NCBI GenBank assembly: GCA_013166775.1
Contig: JABLTJ010000011.1
Span: 31,096 to 95,095, forward strand
Direction: 5' to 3'
Origin: Promethearchaeati archaeon
GTDB lineage: Archaea; Asgardarchaeota; Heimdallarchaeia; Heimdallarchaeales; Heimdallarchaeaceae
Length of the DNA: 64,000 bases
A program made the translations under genes and the position numbers. The stretch's first letter is position 1; each line of letters begins with the position of its first letter. This document shows, in pieces, positions 60,735-64,000 of this stretch. The notes beneath the pieces were generated by a model. The model saw only the letters and a list, made by a program, of their open reading frames with translations. It was not told the origin of the DNA and searched no databases.

Positions 60735-62915
60735 ATGTCAATAAAAACCAACAAATACACATTCAGGGGAATATCAATATTCTTAGTTTTTATATTGATA
60801 CTTACGTCTTTTCAAAGCTCTTCTTTTAAGCAATTGTCAGCAGATTCACTTTCTTTAGATAAGGAAAATCCTATTCATTATCTTTTGAAGAATTATGTAG
60901 AAGATTTTGATCGTCACTTCATTTTACCACAAGAATATGACTACCATATACAACCATATGTTCTTGATTTAGATGGAGATCAAGTTCTTGAAGCGATTAT
61001 AATAGGTTATGATGACAATACTGGAACTGCTGCAATTTTTCTTTACCAGAACGACGGAATTGTTGAGAATTGGCCTGTAGAACTCTTCTTGAATACTAAT
61101 AATATAGAGGTTGTCGGTAAAATCGATTTGAACGGTGGGAGTGAACATGGTTTTATTCTTAGATATACAACAGTATTAGAAGGTAATTACACTACTTCTT
61201 TTGTTGCAATTAAGGAAGATAGACAAATTGAACCAAACTTCAGTATAAGTCTGAATGGTTCGTTTAATCAGGGGACAATTTACTTTGATTTAAACAAAGA
61301 TGGGGAAGAAGAACTTGCTCTTCTGGGCCATGATGGATTAATGCGTATCTTAGATTTAGAAGGAAATGATTTCACTAATTGGCCAATTCAAATACCTGAA
61401 AATGAGAGTACTAAATTTATACCACCTGTAATTGAAGATATAAATAAAGATGACGAATATGATGTAATAGTATGTACAGACACTGGAATGGTCTACGCTT
61501 GGAATTTAAATGGAAGTTTAGTAAAAGGATTTCCTTTTAGAATCCCTGTAAACTACTTTCTAGAAGGGGAGGAATTCAGAACGCATCCACTTGTTGATGA
61601 CTTCAACAATGATGGAAAGAAAGAGCTCTCGATAGCGTCAACTTTCGGTTATCTTTATATTATGGCTTTAGAACCACCCAATAGTACTTTTTGGGACATA
61701 GCAATCCCCTCTGTGGTTTATTCTTCTACCCATGCAGTTTCTTATGATATTGACAATGATGGATATCATGAGATTATTCAATCTCTACCAAACGGTTTAA
61801 TAGTTCTCAGATTGACAACTGAATTAGAGGTGGTTTTTTACATCCCTAGTGAAACAAATGTTAATGGTTTCCCTGCTATAGCAGATATAGATAGTGATAA
61901 CAAAGCAGAGATTATTATCACAAACTATCTTAGTCTCAAAATTATTGATGGAGAAGGGAATATAATTAAGAGTGTAACAAGATTCTTGTCAGCTTCAGAC
62001 ACCATCTCACCAATTGTTTACGATGTTGATAATGATAATGAAATTGAAATTGTGCATATATCTCAAAGAGGACAGTTGTCTATTGATGAAACAAATGATT
62101 TTGGTTTAGCGCCTTGGATACATGTAAGAGGATCGTTGAAAAACACCATAGATTTAGATTCAGATAATGATGGATTATGGGATTTTGAGGAAGAGATTAT
62201 AGGAACAAGCAAGAATAATTTTGATACGGATACAGACACAATAAGTGATGGTCTTGAGGTCAATCAATATATACTAAATCCCCTCAACCCAGATGTAGGA
62301 ACAGATTCTGATGATGACGGACTTAGCAACATTATAGAAGTAGATAATTATTATACAAATCCCTTGAATCCAGATTCGGATGGAGATTCAATCTCAGATG
62401 GAGATGAAGTACTTCAGTATTCAACAAATCCCCTTTCTGGAGATTCTGATAATGACGGTATGCCAGATAGTTATGAGATTTTGTATGATTCTTTAGATCC
62501 TAATGATTCTGACGATGCATTGGAAGATGGAGATAATGATAACCTAAACAATATCGATGAGATGGCTTGGGGAACAAATCCTGAAAATCCAGATTCAGAT
62601 GGAGACGGATTACTAGATGGTGATGAAATAATGAAATATTTCACAAATCCGAACTTACAAGATGCTGATGTAGATTATGATCAGGATGGATTAACGAATG
62701 TAGAAGAAGTTGATATTTATAACACTAATCCTCTGCTTGCTGATTCTGATGGAGATGGTTATGATGATGGAATCGAGATTACTGAAGGTTCTGATCCTTT
62801 AGATCCAAGTAGTGTCCCATCAGAAAGAACAAGCTATATTACATTCGCTTCATTTATTCCTCAGATTCTGGTTTTAGGTATTATTGTGCTTAAATTAAAG
62901 AAAAGAAGGAGATAA
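60735..62915 (+). CDS. Surface protein: FG-GAP/VCBS beta-propeller + TSP3-like Ca-binding repeats + C-terminal TM anchor
   Basis: Repeated DLDGD/DINKD/DFNNDG..EI units, then DSDxDGL.D..TNP repeats, TM + KKRRR. Confidence 0.88.
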   Translation: MSIKTNKYTFRGISIFLVFILILTSFQSSSFKQLSADSLSLDKENPIHYLLKNYVEDFDRHFILPQEYDYHIQPYVLDLDGDQVLEAIIIGYDDNTGTAAIFLYQNDGIVENWPVELFLNTNNIEVVGKIDLNGGSEHGFILRYTTVLEGNYTTSFVAIKEDRQIEPNFSISLNGSFNQGTIYFDLNKDGEEELALLGHDGLMRILDLEGNDFTNWPIQIPENESTKFIPPVIEDINKDDEYDVIVCTDTGMVYAWNLNGSLVKGFPFRIPVNYFLEGEEFRTHPLVDDFNNDGKKELSIASTFGYLYIMALEPPNSTFWDIAIPSVVYSSTHAVSYDIDNDGYHEIIQSLPNGLIVLRLTTELEVVFYIPSETNVNGFPAIADIDSDNKAEIIITNYLSLKIIDGEGNIIKSVTRFLSASDTISPIVYDVDNDNEIEIVHISQRGQLSIDETNDFGLAPWIHVRGSLKNTIDLDSDNDGLWDFEEEIIGTSKNNFDTDTDTISDGLEVNQYILNPLNPDVGTDSDDDGLSNIIEVDNYYTNPLNPDSDGDSISDGDEVLQYSTNPLSGDSDNDGMPDSYEILYDSLDPNDSDDALEDGDNDNLNNIDEMAWGTNPENPDSDGDGLLDGDEIMKYFTNPNLQDADVDYDQDGLTNVEEVDIYNTNPLLADSDGDGYDDGIEITEGSDPLDPSSVPSERTSYITFASFIPQILVLGIIVLKLKKRRR

Positions 62916-62920
62916 GAAGA

Positions 62921-63358
62921 ATGCTTTGCCCATATTGTGGTTATCTAAGAGCAAAGAGCACTAAGGAAAATATCCGCAAATTCAGTTGCCCAAAGTGTGA
63001 CTATCAGTTCGAGAAATCTATTGGAGAGGTAGCTCTTGAGAAGATATTATCCGTTCCTTTCAGTTCTATCATATATTCTATCTTAATATTAGGTTTAAAT
63101 TTCGTGGTAGCTAAATATACCTTCCCTGAAGAAAGTGTTGTGACGTTGGGTATTTTCTACACTTTTCTCATCTTGATGAGTGCCTTTGTGGTTCTTTCAA
63201 TTCTTTATATTACAAGAGGAAGGAAAGCAAGTATCTTGCTCTTTGAAAGTAAAAAAAAGCGTAGTTTCTTTGAAACATTAAATGATGTCTCCCCTTTAGC
63301 TAAAATAACTGTTATCTTGTTTCTTGCTTCTATAATAATGCCTTTTGTAATTCATTAA
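62921..63358 (+). CDS. Zinc-ribbon membrane protein
   Basis: CPYC..CPKC followed by three hydrophobic segments. Confidence 0.75.
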   Translation: MLCPYCGYLRAKSTKENIRKFSCPKCDYQFEKSIGEVALEKILSVPFSSIIYSILILGLNFVVAKYTFPEESVVTLGIFYTFLILMSAFVVLSILYITRGRKASILLFESKKKRSFFETLNDVSPLAKITVILFLASIIMPFVIH

Positions 63359-63470
63359 TTAATGAATAAGTCATCATGCTTTCCTTTTAAGTAATAATCC
63401 ATTTATGTGAAAATAAATCTATTTTTCGAGATTTGAAAAAATAAAAAAAAGAAAAGAAAAAAGTTAGAAA

Positions 63471-64000
63471 TTATTTCTTTTTGCGGTAAAGCAAGAGTGC
63501 TGCGCCTACACCTATTGCGGCTACAATACCTAGAAGTGGTAATGGCTCTTCGTCTACTACAAGTTCGTATCCTGCATAACCTAACCATTCGATAGCTGCT
63601 TCAAGATCTCTATAGTACTTGATAACATCATCATAGTAATAGAAGGCTGTGTAAAGATACATTGGGTTGTGGCATAAAGTGTATTCACCATCGTGTAGAA
63701 CTTGATTCATTTCTTCACGATCAACTGCGTAATTCATTGCTTTTCTGACGGCTACACCTTTAGTGTATTCTTCCTTTCCAGGAACATCTATAAATTCGTA
63801 ATTGGCAGCTCCACCAACAAATGGACGCTTTAAGTTGTAGAAGACGAATAGATAGAAGTCTCTAATTTCTGTTTGAACCTCAAATCTAGGATCAGCTTGC
63901 ATTAGTTTTCTTTCTTGTGGGAAGACTGTAACACCTAATATATCTAGCTTTCCAGCTTTGAATTCTGCTAATGAAGCGGAATCATCTGGAATAACACGAG
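63471..64000 (-). CDS. C-terminal part of an ABC peptide-binding protein (SBP family 5) with TM anchor
   Basis: EFKAGKLDI, VRKAMNYAVDREEM, TM + RKKK; frame open to window edge. Confidence 0.85.
   Translation of the reverse strand, partial: RVIPDDSASLAEFKAGKLDILGVTVFPQERKLMQADPRFEVQTEIRDFYLFVFYNLKRPFVGGAANYEFIDVPGKEEYTKGVAVRKAMNYAVDREEMNQVLHDGEYTLCHNPMYLYTAFYYYDDVIKYYRDLEAAIEWLGYAGYELVVDEEPLPLLGIVAAIGVGAALLLYRKKK

Overview
AT-rich, gene-dense archaeal DNA. GGTGA/GGAGG ribosome-binding sites, TTTA(T/A)A boxes and T-rich terminators, MptE, a short ERCC4 nuclease, a TPR-longin-like protein and many C-terminally anchored beta-helix/TSP3/FG-GAP surface proteins point to an Asgard (Heimdallarchaeia-like) genome; this assignment is inference. 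No rRNA, tRNA, CRISPR array or transposase was recognised. The left part (~0.5-37 kb) is accessory and shaped by local duplication and deletion. It contains tandem HAD and MFS paralogues, an 86-bp tandem repeat, several gene remnants and an in-frame AAA-ATPase/aminoglycoside-kinase chimera. It also holds a twice-repeated cassette (flavodoxin, two TIGR04076-like Cys proteins, a wHTH regulator and an orphan ~350-aa protein); copy 2 additionally carries a TudS/DUF523-like desulfidase and a uridine-kinase-like gene. Two paralogues of an unrecognised CxxC..H.C zinc-finger family sit next to surface-protein genes. The right part is mostly housekeeping: PiT/PhoU, DEAD-box helicase, M29 aminopeptidase, XPF-like nuclease, a D-lactate dehydrogenase-EtfB-ferredoxin/EtfA operon, QueD-like, MptE and CLC genes. 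It also includes a PIG-B-like (GT22) mannosyltransferase. The best candidates for undescribed biology are (i) the duplicated redox/Cys cassette with its thionucleoside-salvage add-on, (ii) the PIG-B-like enzyme together with C-terminally anchored proteins and a secreted clan-CD peptidase (a GPI-like anchoring hypothesis), and (iii) the zinc-finger pair. All family calls come from motif recognition by eye; no database search was run.
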